Source: a virus
DNA length: 59,894 bases
Strand: one strand, 5' to 3'
IMG/VR virus record: IMGVR_UViG_3300045988_042358
Location: 1 to 59,894 of that record
Position numbers and translations under genes: made by a program. Below are positions 19,838 to 27,754 of this stretch, piece after piece (positions within the stretch are counted from its first letter, which is position 1; each line of letters opens with the position of its first letter). The notes under the pieces were generated by a model. That model searched no databases. It was not told where the DNA came from and was given only the letters and a program-made list of their open reading frames with translations.

Positions 19838-19860
19838 AGTTCAAAAATCCTAACTATGTC

Positions 19861-19889
19861 TTGATAAAAATTAGAAAATCGTGTATACT
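19861..19889 (+). promoter_or_regulatory. putative promoter for the cI-like repressor (TTGATA-17-TATACT with upstream TG)
   Basis: Hexamers read directly. Flanked by TAGTTAGGA-type operator copies at 19849-19858 and 19945-19958. Confidence 0.5.
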
Positions 19890-20040
19890 ATGAATTGTCC
19901 AGAAACATAATATTATTTTCTCAATTTTATTTTTTATTGAGTTGAGATTTCCTAACTTCTTTTTCCATTCTACATTAGGAAGTCTTATTTGTCAACCCCA
20001 AATGTTGAGAAATCACAACTTTTTTTAAAGGAGATTTTCT

Positions 20041-20400
20041 ATGTACGAAAGATATTGTAAATTAAGAGACTCAAAAGGGTTAAATGATTCAGAAGTGGCT
20101 AAATATGGCGGTTTCCCTAAAAGTACTTTTTCAGATTGGAAAAAAGGAAAAAGCTGTCCAAAATTGTTTAAGCTGGTAAAAATCGCAGAATGTCTTGATT
20201 GTTCACTTGATTATTTAGTTACCGGAAAAGAGCACCATTCAGTTGTTGAAGAGGCAACAAAAGACTTGGCTCTGTCGAATATGGATAGTAGAATTAAAGA
20301 CTATGCGTTGAAATTATCTAAATTGTCGGATAAAGAGCAAGAAAATATTATGAATTTAATAGATATGATGTATGAAAATACTCAAAATAAATTAAATTAA
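20041..20400 (+). CDS. XRE-family HTH repressor, cI-like
   Basis: VAKYGGFPKSTFSDWKKGKSCPKLFKLVKIAECLDCSLDYLVTG. AAGGAG RBS. Plus strand, opposite the lytic genes. Confidence 0.8.
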   Translation: MYERYCKLRDSKGLNDSEVAKYGGFPKSTFSDWKKGKSCPKLFKLVKIAECLDCSLDYLVTGKEHHSVVEEATKDLALSNMDSRIKDYALKLSKLSDKEQENIMNLIDMMYENTQNKLN

Positions 20401-20422
20401 TAAGAAAGGTGGTATTTTAATC

Positions 20423-20650
20423 ATGAGTAAAACTGTTAAATGTCCTAAATGGGGTTGCGATGGTGTTGGCATACCTGTTGATACCAAGAAAAAATTCTCA
20501 TTCGGTAAAGCACTTGTTGGTAACACAGTAGGCGGTCTCTTCGGGCCTGTCGGTGCCGTTGTCGGTACTGCTACCGGAATTAAAGGCAAGAACGGCAAAA
20601 CAAAGTTTGTGTGTTCAAAGTGCGGTAATGTTTGGGAAAAGAAAATATAA
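20423..20650 (+). CDS. small zinc-ribbon protein with a glycine-zipper core, co-oriented with the repressor
   Basis: CPKWGC...CSKCG flank GKALVGNTVGGLFGPVGAVVGTATG. GGTGGT RBS. Confidence 0.6.
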   Translation: MSKTVKCPKWGCDGVGIPVDTKKKFSFGKALVGNTVGGLFGPVGAVVGTATGIKGKNGKTKFVCSKCGNVWEKKI

Positions 20651-20656
20651 CCACAA

Positions 20657-20685
20657 GGCAGAGTTTTTACTCTGCCTCTATTTTT
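20657..20685 (+). terminator. intrinsic terminator of the immunity operon
   Basis: GGCAGAGT-TTTT-ACTCTGCC, then TCTATTTTT. Confidence 0.75.
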
Positions 20686-20933
20686 CCTTTAATAAATATG
20701 TACAAGTACAATAACAGGTCTTTATCTTCCAAGCCCTCAATCATTTTAATTATTTCATCCTTATATTCCATACAACGCTACCTCCGATACATCAATTATA
20801 GAACATTTGTTCTTAAACGTCAATAAGGACGGCAGAAAAACCCACCGCCCTACCGAAACTTGAAGAGTTCTCTTGTTTGAGAACATCGTTACTGTAGCAC
20901 TTTAAAGTGTTTTATTTTGTCGAAACATGCCGA

Positions 20934-21071
20934 CTATACAACTTTTTGTGAAGTAATGTACTCATATTCCTCTTGCGATATTTTACCGCTTGCTACCCTG
21001 TCGAGCAGTTCTTCCTTGGTTACTCTGTCGCTCTCGTATAATCTTTTAAGACTTTCAACTAATATTCTCAT
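20934..21071 (-). CDS. XkdX-like small phage protein (45 aa, below the ORF-track cutoff)
   Basis: MRILVESLKRLYESDRVTKEELLDRVASGKISQEEYEYITSQKVV fits the XkdX pattern (Y..g.itkeel...V..g.It.eEY..IT). The start lies 1 nt after the upstream stop. Confidence 0.55.
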   Translation of the reverse strand: MRILVESLKRLYESDRVTKEELLDRVASGKISQEEYEYITSQKVV

Positions 21072-21072
21072 A

Positions 21073-21378
21073 TTAAAGCACCCCCTCATCCATTAACTGC
21101 CTTGTGTAGTTGTCTATTGCTTCCTCATCAGAGTGCTCGTTAATCTCTTTTGCCTGTTCCATAGCAATAAGATACTGTGAGTATTCATCCTGTGTCAGTT
21201 CACGTTCCTCGTACTCCCAATGCTTAGGCTTGTAAGTAAAATCATCCTCACTCCCTGTTGCTTCAACCGATTTAATGTTTTTTCGCTGATAAACGATATT
21301 CGGAGAAGATGTTGTGTCAATATCAAGCGGTTTGCCCGATTGCATACTTTCTACTAGCTTATATTCTGTCATATTCAA
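21073..21378 (-). CDS. hypothetical acidic protein downstream of the DGR RT (XkdW position)
   Basis: 101-aa ORF that overlaps the RT stop by 20 nt. Acidic, not Avd-like. Confidence 0.5.
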   Translation of the reverse strand: MNMTEYKLVESMQSGKPLDIDTTSSPNIVYQRKNIKSVEATGSEDDFTYKPKHWEYEERELTQDEYSQYLIAMEQAKEINEHSDEEAIDNYTRQLMDEGVL

Positions 21379-22468
21379 TACACCTTGCCTTTCTGTCTAC
21401 TGTTGAAATTTTGCGCTTTAGTTTTCCAAAATCTGCAAATGGTTTGATGTACTCCCTGTAATAATCGTACATATCGCAATTTTTAATCCACGCAAGAGCG
21501 GAAACCATTTGTTTTGAGTCAAATATTGTAACCTTTGTTTTCCGCCATATTCTAACTGCCTTAGCTCTTATTTTCTTAAGGATTGTTTTCCTTAAGGTGG
21601 TTCTATTCCTATAGAATTTATACCCCATAAAATCAAGCGGTCTACCATATGTTGCCGGCTTTTCATTCTTGCTAACATATGGATTTTGGGGCAAATAATG
21701 AAAACGAAATATCTGCCAGTTTGCTTTGACTGTCAAGCCCAATTCCGCAAGACTGTTATCAATCACGGCTTTTACCTTACGCAATTTCTTTTTGCTTGCA
21801 CAAAATATAGCCATATCGTCAACATAGCGTGCATATTTCAGCTCAATGCCGAGTGATTTGATTTCATGGTCAAACTCGCTCAAATACCAGTTTGCAAGCC
21901 ATACAGAGGTATAAAAGCCAAGTGGCAATCCATTAGGCACGCAATGTATAACATTTTCAACAATCTGCATGAATTTAAAATCTTTGATTTTAGATTTAAG
22001 CTTTTCGATTAATTTATCCTGTGGAATACTAGCGTAAAATTGCTTCACATCAAGCTTATAGCAATATTTAATATTTTTACCGCCTTGCCTTATCCATTTG
22101 CATATGTGCTTCTTGCCATACGCTCCGCCACGCTTAGGAACCGAGCCGTAACTGTGCTCATACATTCCTTTGTTAAACATGGGTTTAAGTACGTTCACTA
22201 TCATGTGATGTACTATTGACTCCATAACTGTCGGTATTACTATCTTGCGTTTCTTTCGTGATATTCCGTCATATATTTCTTTGGGCTTATGCTCAAAAGG
22301 TGTGAAGTTAATCGCATATTCTCTAATTTTGGGTATGTATGTATCAAGGTCTGCTAAAATTTTCCTAACCTTATTTCTTCTCTTTTTACCCTTAGAGAAG
22401 TTTTGAATTGCAAGTTTTATATTATCGTCTGAAATAAATTCAGCATATAGATTTCTGTATGTTATCAT
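21359..22468 (-). CDS. DGR reverse transcriptase
   Basis: Start at MITYRNLYAEFISDDNIKLAIQNFSKGKKRR (the ORF is open to 22507). Motifs: KRKIVIPTVMESIVHHM, LDVKQFYASI, GLPLGFYTSVWLANWYL, YARYVDDMAIF. Confidence 0.9.
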   Translation of the reverse strand: MITYRNLYAEFISDDNIKLAIQNFSKGKKRRNKVRKILADLDTYIPKIREYAINFTPFEHKPKEIYDGISRKKRKIVIPTVMESIVHHMIVNVLKPMFNKGMYEHSYGSVPKRGGAYGKKHICKWIRQGGKNIKYCYKLDVKQFYASIPQDKLIEKLKSKIKDFKFMQIVENVIHCVPNGLPLGFYTSVWLANWYLSEFDHEIKSLGIELKYARYVDDMAIFCASKKKLRKVKAVIDNSLAELGLTVKANWQIFRFHYLPQNPYVSKNEKPATYGRPLDFMGYKFYRNRTTLRKTILKKIRAKAVRIWRKTKVTIFDSKQMVSALAWIKNCDMYDYYREYIKPFADFGKLKRKISTVDRKARCIEYDRI

Positions 22469-22601
22469 ACGTATTCTCTTCCTATCCTCTCTACCACGTT
22501 CGACCATATCCTACTACTAGCAGTAGCTTGCATCGAGTTGATTTTTACCAAGGGGTACGGAATTTAGTCTGCATTCATTTTATCCCATGAATGATAGGTA
22601 C

Positions 22602-22709
22602 AGAAGCCCCGATGTTCCACCCCGCATTACCAGCCTCGTTGTTCAAGTTCACGTAGAACGCACCACAATGACGGCCGTCGTGCAGGGGGCCACCGAAAAG
22701 AGCAAAGGC
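22602..22709 (-). repeat. DGR template repeat (TR)
   Basis: Matches 22843..22950 at 101 of 108 positions. Every mismatch is T on the plus strand (A on the coding strand) in this copy. Confidence 0.9.
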
Positions 22710-22768
22710 GCAAACTAAATCCCTTATATAAAATTAACCACACACGTTTATAGTTACAAATTTTCTTA

Positions 22769-22806
22769 GGAGAAACGCGGTTTCTCCCTTTCTGCTTAGG
22801 CAGAAA
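22769..22806 (-). promoter_or_regulatory. two adjacent hairpins just downstream of VR and the target stop codon (DGR retrohoming-enhancing stem-loop and/or terminator)
   Basis: GGAGAAAC-GCG-GTTTCTCC (22769-87) and TTTCTGC-TTAG-GCAGAAA (22789-806). Confidence 0.5.
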
Positions 22807-22827
22807 TTCCCTCTTCCCTGTTGCAAG

Positions 22828-24096
22828 TTATTTGTAGGAAAGAGAAGCCCCGATGTGCCACCCCGCAACACCAGCCCCGTCGCTCAAGTTCACGCAGAAC
22901 GCACCACAATGACGGCCGTCGTGCAGGGGGCCACCGAAAAGAGCAAAGGCTATAATTGCAATATTAAACCAACAGCCATCAGGATAATAGGTCGATGATG
23001 AGCCTGTAATTGATGTTGGAAACATGCCTAATGCCGTGTATAACATATCTTTGATATATCCGCCACTTGTACCACTAGGAGTTGAATTAGGTATCTCGAT
23101 ATATCCTGTTCCATCAGTGTTATAGTTAGTTGCTTTGCTTCCATCCTTTGTTGATGGAGACAGCTTGATTTTCACTATGCCATTAGCAAGGATAAGTCCA
23201 ACTGTTCTTCGCCACTGATTGCCGTAATAATTCTCCATTCCAAATATTTTAACTCCGGCTTTTCCAGCATTTTCGCCCCAAAATAAGCCTTTGCCATTCA
23301 TTGTGCCGGTCTTAAGTAACAAGTTTTCATCACTGGCATTTTCGCTCATGCCTCGACCGAATACATCTTGTGTGTCGGTAGATTTTCCCATGATGATAAG
23401 TAAGATATTAATCAAGAGTCTGTCAACGTACTGCTCGATTTCGTAGCCCGTACCATTAGCTCTTGCATATGTCATTTCTTGGCTGGCTGTTTTCGATTTA
23501 ATAACTGTTTGACCGCTTATTGAGCGTAGCTTATTGTTACTGTCAAGTGAGCCATTATAAATTGGCGTGTAAAAATGAGATTTTTCATTACCATTAATAT
23601 CAATGAAATTCAGATTTTTAAAATCTTTATCAGCTTGGTAGTTGGCAACATAAAGGCTTGCACTGTTTGGATTGCCTTTGTCGGGTTCAATTTTCCACCA
23701 TATAATGTCTGTGCCATTGCCCCATTCCATCATAGCATTTCCATCGTAATCAATGCTTGCTACATCTGACGCACCGCCATCTATTTTTTTAGTCAAGTCA
23801 TTCTCGTTGAGGTAATAGTCAACCTGTCCATTCGTTTTAAGCATACATGGTTTTGGCATAAAAAAGGCATTCGCCCATGAGCCGTAGTCAAAAGTTCCGC
23901 TCGTGAAATTCATCTTTGCCGGAGTCATGCCTACCGCGTCTGCTAAGTATCTGACTCTAGTTTTTGGGTTACTATCCGCGCCATTAATGTGAACACCATA
24001 AATAACTCTTCCCTCGCTTAATTTTGTGCCAAGGGCTTTAATACTCTCAACAATCGCTTGCCCTGTTGTGTCTGATATAATGTCTATTCCGCTCAT
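22828..24096 (-). CDS. DGR target protein: tail receptor-binding protein with a C-terminal C-type-lectin-like variable region
   Basis: The C-terminus ...ALFGGPLHDGRHCGAFCVNLSDGAGVAGWHIGASLSYK is encoded by VR. The gene lies after the tail fibre genes. Confidence 0.85.
   Translation of the reverse strand: MSGIDIISDTTGQAIVESIKALGTKLSEGRVIYGVHINGADSNPKTRVRYLADAVGMTPAKMNFTSGTFDYGSWANAFFMPKPCMLKTNGQVDYYLNENDLTKKIDGGASDVASIDYDGNAMMEWGNGTDIIWWKIEPDKGNPNSASLYVANYQADKDFKNLNFIDINGNEKSHFYTPIYNGSLDSNNKLRSISGQTVIKSKTASQEMTYARANGTGYEIEQYVDRLLINILLIIMGKSTDTQDVFGRGMSENASDENLLLKTGTMNGKGLFWGENAGKAGVKIFGMENYYGNQWRRTVGLILANGIVKIKLSPSTKDGSKATNYNTDGTGYIEIPNSTPSGTSGGYIKDMLYTALGMFPTSITGSSSTYYPDGCWFNIAIIAFALFGGPLHDGRHCGAFCVNLSDGAGVAGWHIGASLSYK
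22843..22950 (-). repeat. DGR variable repeat (VR)
   Basis: Covers the last ~40 codons of the target. Differs from TR at TAC>TGC, AAC>AGC, AAC>GAC, GAG>GGG, AAT>GTT and AAC>CAC. Confidence 0.9.
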
Positions 24097-24098
24097 AT

Positions 24099-24614
24099 CT
24101 AATCCTCCTTGCTTACATTGAGTAATCCAGCACTTGTCACGGAAAAAGTAATGCCTCTTCCGTTTGCTTTCTGCTCGACTAGTCCGGCTTGCTGTTCTGC
24201 TCTTTGCGCAGCTTCATTTGCAGCCTTTGTAGCTGCGTTTGCTTGACTTACCGCCGTATCAATCTTTCCTGAAGCTTGTGCAACCTCGTCCGCTTTTTGT
24301 AAAGCAGTTTGCGCTGATTTTTGAGCCTGTGAAGCAGAATTGCTTGCCGAGTCGGCTTTTTCTGTCGCAGTTTGCGCTGATTTTTGAGCCTTTTCTACCG
24401 ATTCTGCCATGCCGTCAAGATAACTCTGAATAAGTCTTTGAATTTCAACGTTAAAATCCTCAACAGTTCCCATTCGCTTAACTATTCCCGGTGCGAAACA
24501 CATCCATATCTGCTGTTTTTTTGTGTCGGAGTCGGTCGATACCGCCCATTCTCCAGCTTTCATTTTTGAGGGGTCAAACTCCGCGTATGCCCCTCGTCTC
24601 ATTTGAATTGCCAT
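24099..24614 (-). CDS. tail fibre protein with an Mtd-N/hyaluronidase-N-like N-terminus and a coiled coil
   Basis: MAIQMRRGAYAEFDPSKMKAGEWAVSTDS resembles the IQLRRG...GE...TD fibre N-terminal motif. Repeated AQKSAQTA coiled coil. Confidence 0.55.
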   Translation of the reverse strand: MAIQMRRGAYAEFDPSKMKAGEWAVSTDSDTKKQQIWMCFAPGIVKRMGTVEDFNVEIQRLIQSYLDGMAESVEKAQKSAQTATEKADSASNSASQAQKSAQTALQKADEVAQASGKIDTAVSQANAATKAANEAAQRAEQQAGLVEQKANGRGITFSVTSAGLLNVSKED

Positions 24615-24617
24615 AAG

Positions 24618-27338
24618 CTATACCTCACTTTCATCAATGCCTAGTTTCTGACATAATCTTGAAAACTTATCTTCCAATTCGTCTATGTGTTTTTGCATTT
24701 TATCGATCTTCTGTTCATCTCCGGCAAGTCTTAAGATTAAGAATTGCTCATAATTCATGCCGTAGTACAGTGTATCATCATCCGATGTTACTTTGTTTTG
24801 AAAAATCATATTAAGATTTTCGTCGACATGTCCTTTATTTTTAAGGCTTTCGATTATATCTTGTGCCATCGCTCCAAAATATAACGGCTTGTCTGAATAT
24901 CCTTGCCTATTAAGATTGTATTGGAATAAATCAACTGAACTCACTGCATCAATATAATCTTGATTAATTGCTTTAATGTTCTTTTTTAAGCGTTTGTCTG
25001 ACGAACTCCATACCCAAGCATCATCAACTTGAAACCACAAAGCAGTATCATCCCAGTCACAATGGTATGTATGTCCTGTTGCATTGCCACACATTGCATA
25101 TCCTCTATCGGTTTCTCTAAATTTATCAGAGCCTATCTCTTGAGCATACATTGTCTGTGCACCTATAGAGCCTGTGGCTCCGTAAAGTGTAATCAAATTC
25201 TCATCATTTTTGACAATTCGCAAGACTGCGCCATTCATCCAAAGTTCATAATTGTTTCCTGAATTGTCAGTAGCCTTTAAATCAATCTTTGAATTACTTA
25301 AATTTCCGTTCAGTGCAATACTTCCACCGGACATATTAAAATTTGAAGCGGTTACTTTTCCATCGTTGTCAACTGCAAACGTTCCATTTCCAATATCAAT
25401 TGTTCCGCCAACAATATTCTTGCCGGTAATTGTTGTTCCTGTGATGTCCTCCGCGTCAACTGAACCGGCCTTAACACTAAGTGCATTTACATAGCTTGTA
25501 GTCACAGTGTCTTTTGTAATTTGCGTTGCGGTATCCGAATTGATATATCCGGCTCCATTGTTAAGCTGATTATTGTCTGTTGGTATCTGTCCTGTCGTGG
25601 CGTAGTCGCTGTCGTTTGCGAGCTGACTCGTTTTGTTTGGAATTGTCGGCTGATTAGAGATATTATTCCATGAGATATTAACTCCGTCAGCAAGCGTAAT
25701 GCCCTTGTTGTCAAGTGTAATCAGAATTTTTCCGTTTGCGTCTTTGACATACTGCTTGCCGTTTGTGTTATTCTCACCGCCTAAAGTGAGCGTGCCACCA
25801 TGCGCCCAGTCAAAATTAATGCCAATAGCAGACATAATATTGAAAATAGCGTTTCCGTCTTTATCAATTCCGGCATTCCACGTTTTACCATAGTCACTTG
25901 ATACAGCCATGCCATTAGCCGTCATTTTCCACTGTATGTTGCTCGAATTAAGGTCGGCTTTATTGTGCATGATGTAAATAATCGAGCCATCCTCTTGCTT
26001 CTGTTCAGTCTTAAAAAGCCCGAGCGATTGAGACATTAGCTGTGTCAGCAATTGCATTTGCTTGTCGTATACGCTTAGTTGTATCTGTGCAACTTTCCTA
26101 GCCTGTACGATAGCCTTTGTCTCATTACTAAATTTATCAGCACTATTCCTTGAAGCATTTTCAGCGTCACACGAAATTTTAGTGCCACTTCCAACTGTAA
26201 ATGTTCGGTTGGAAATAAAACAGCTATAGGTATTCTGCTTGCGGTCTGTCACAAGTGCCACATCTCCGCTCTCAATCAGTGGGCTTGACAAGAGCGTAGC
26301 GTCAAGAGGTCTGAACCTCATGCCACCGATTTTTTTTAAGATATAATTTGCAACTGCCTGTGCCTTGTCTGCCGAAATAAACGGATTATCAGAGATTGAG
26401 ACTACATATCCCTCTTTTCCGGCAAGAGCATTAACATCTTTTGTCTTATCCTCTTTTGAGGTTACAGTTACCTTTACCCCAGTGATAACAACATCATCGG
26501 TTGCAACATTCAAATCCTTTTGCGTGTAAATATTGTGGTAATTTCTCGCTTCTGTAAATGTTCCACCATCAACGCTATCTCCACTTGAATAGTCGGTGAA
26601 ATTTCCACCATTCAGTGTATCTCCGTCAGAATATGGTGTAGTTTTTGTGCTAAAAGTTCCACCATTGTAATTTTGGCTTTCAAACTGGCTCATATCATAC
26701 CAACCGATAAGTAATTCACCATCGTGACCGCATTTGCCCCATAATCCACTTAACTGCAAGATGTAAGCTATCACCTGTCCATATGTAAGTTTTTGATTAT
26801 CACTCGGTATCTCGTTAATCACGTAATCAGAGTTATCAAATCTCGCCATAGTAAAAGGTACATTGCACTTAATACAAGCGTCTCTGACTACCTCATATGC
26901 TGTCGTAGGGTAGCTTAAATTGCTATCGTACTCGCGATTGAAATTGTTAATATTGTCAAGGCAAGTAAGCGTTATGAGTGAGCCATCATAGCTTGTCTCG
27001 CTGACTCTATACTCACCGATTTTTAGTTTTTCGGTTGTGCCGTCAGAAAAACTTTTTGAAACATATGCTGTTACGCTTGCCTTGTCAAAATCATACTTGC
27101 TGTAATCCTCGTAAATGTTATTCAGCTTAATTTTCAGTTTTCCGGCAATCAAAGTCCCGATTGTGAAAGTGCCATTGCTTGATGTTGAGTCATTGACCTC
27201 GAAGCCATTCGCCCACAACTCACTATCACTAACAGGGATTTTTTCACCATTAGTTGTAACTATGTCGGCAAAGCAATTTACGCTTATATTATTATCGAGC
27301 ATTACTGCTCTTTGCCACTTAGCCGATACGTTAAGCAT
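24618..27338 (-). CDS. tail fibre/tail-tip protein with a C-terminal S74 intramolecular chaperone domain
   Basis: 906 aa. The C-terminal SSSDKRLKKNIKAI...LYFGAMAQDI...MNYEQFLIL matches the endosialidase-chaperone (peptidase S74) pattern. Confidence 0.8.
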   Translation of the reverse strand: MLNVSAKWQRAVMLDNNISVNCFADIVTTNGEKIPVSDSELWANGFEVNDSTSSNGTFTIGTLIAGKLKIKLNNIYEDYSKYDFDKASVTAYVSKSFSDGTTEKLKIGEYRVSETSYDGSLITLTCLDNINNFNREYDSNLSYPTTAYEVVRDACIKCNVPFTMARFDNSDYVINEIPSDNQKLTYGQVIAYILQLSGLWGKCGHDGELLIGWYDMSQFESQNYNGGTFSTKTTPYSDGDTLNGGNFTDYSSGDSVDGGTFTEARNYHNIYTQKDLNVATDDVVITGVKVTVTSKEDKTKDVNALAGKEGYVVSISDNPFISADKAQAVANYILKKIGGMRFRPLDATLLSSPLIESGDVALVTDRKQNTYSCFISNRTFTVGSGTKISCDAENASRNSADKFSNETKAIVQARKVAQIQLSVYDKQMQLLTQLMSQSLGLFKTEQKQEDGSIIYIMHNKADLNSSNIQWKMTANGMAVSSDYGKTWNAGIDKDGNAIFNIMSAIGINFDWAHGGTLTLGGENNTNGKQYVKDANGKILITLDNKGITLADGVNISWNNISNQPTIPNKTSQLANDSDYATTGQIPTDNNQLNNGAGYINSDTATQITKDTVTTSYVNALSVKAGSVDAEDITGTTITGKNIVGGTIDIGNGTFAVDNDGKVTASNFNMSGGSIALNGNLSNSKIDLKATDNSGNNYELWMNGAVLRIVKNDENLITLYGATGSIGAQTMYAQEIGSDKFRETDRGYAMCGNATGHTYHCDWDDTALWFQVDDAWVWSSSDKRLKKNIKAINQDYIDAVSSVDLFQYNLNRQGYSDKPLYFGAMAQDIIESLKNKGHVDENLNMIFQNKVTSDDDTLYYGMNYEQFLILRLAGDEQKIDKMQKHIDELEDKFSRLCQKLGIDESEV

Positions 27339-27350
27339 TTAATCACCGCC

Positions 27351-27707
27351 TTATACTTCTATGAGGTCGAAACTCAATGTCTCATACCTCTTATTGTTGA
27401 TAGTCCATATCTTGATAGGTGCGCTTCTATCGCCCACGTAGAATGTACGTGTTTCATCAGTGCCGCTCATAGCGTCAGGATATGTCACTCTGATATATTC
27501 GGGGTTTACCATTTGAAGTATCTTTGCTGTCCTAGCTGTGTCTGTACCGCTCCATGACAATTTAAGCTGTCGTTTCTGCGCTATTCTGTTTTTATGCATT
27601 TGAGCGTCCTGCGTACGTCCACTATCGCTTGCAGACACATCAATCATGCCCCATTCAAAGCTTGACGGAGTAGGTAATTCCGCTCCGTCTACTAACATCA
27701 TTGCCAT
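27351..27707 (-). CDS. small tail component (distal tail protein position)
   Basis: 118-aa ORF between the tape measure and tail-tip genes. Assigned by synteny only. Confidence 0.4.
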   Translation of the reverse strand: MAMMLVDGAELPTPSSFEWGMIDVSASDSGRTQDAQMHKNRIAQKRQLKLSWSGTDTARTAKILQMVNPEYIRVTYPDAMSGTDETRTFYVGDRSAPIKIWTINNKRYETLSFDLIEV

Positions 27708-27754
27708 ATGTACATCACCTCACATAAAAAGACACCCACGCAAGGGTGAGTGTC

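Larger units (their letters stand above)
21359..24096 (-). mobile_element. diversity-generating retroelement cassette (target gene with VR, then TR, then RT)
   Basis: A 108-nt TR/VR pair whose 7 mismatches are all at TR adenines, plus an adjacent YVDD reverse transcriptase. Confidence 0.9.

Noticed and set aside
21073-21378. The 101-aa ORF next to the RT as the DGR accessory protein Avd.
   Set aside because: Avd proteins are basic four-helix bundles, usually encoded between the target and TR. This ORF is strongly acidic, lies downstream of the RT, and occupies the XkdW-like position before the XkdX-like gene. Homology was not tested.
24239-24400. A 23-bp direct repeat (cagtttgcgctgatttttgagcc, twice, 63 bp apart) as a regulatory element.
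   Set aside because: It is in frame inside the fibre gene and simply encodes the duplicated coiled-coil segment AQKSAQTA.
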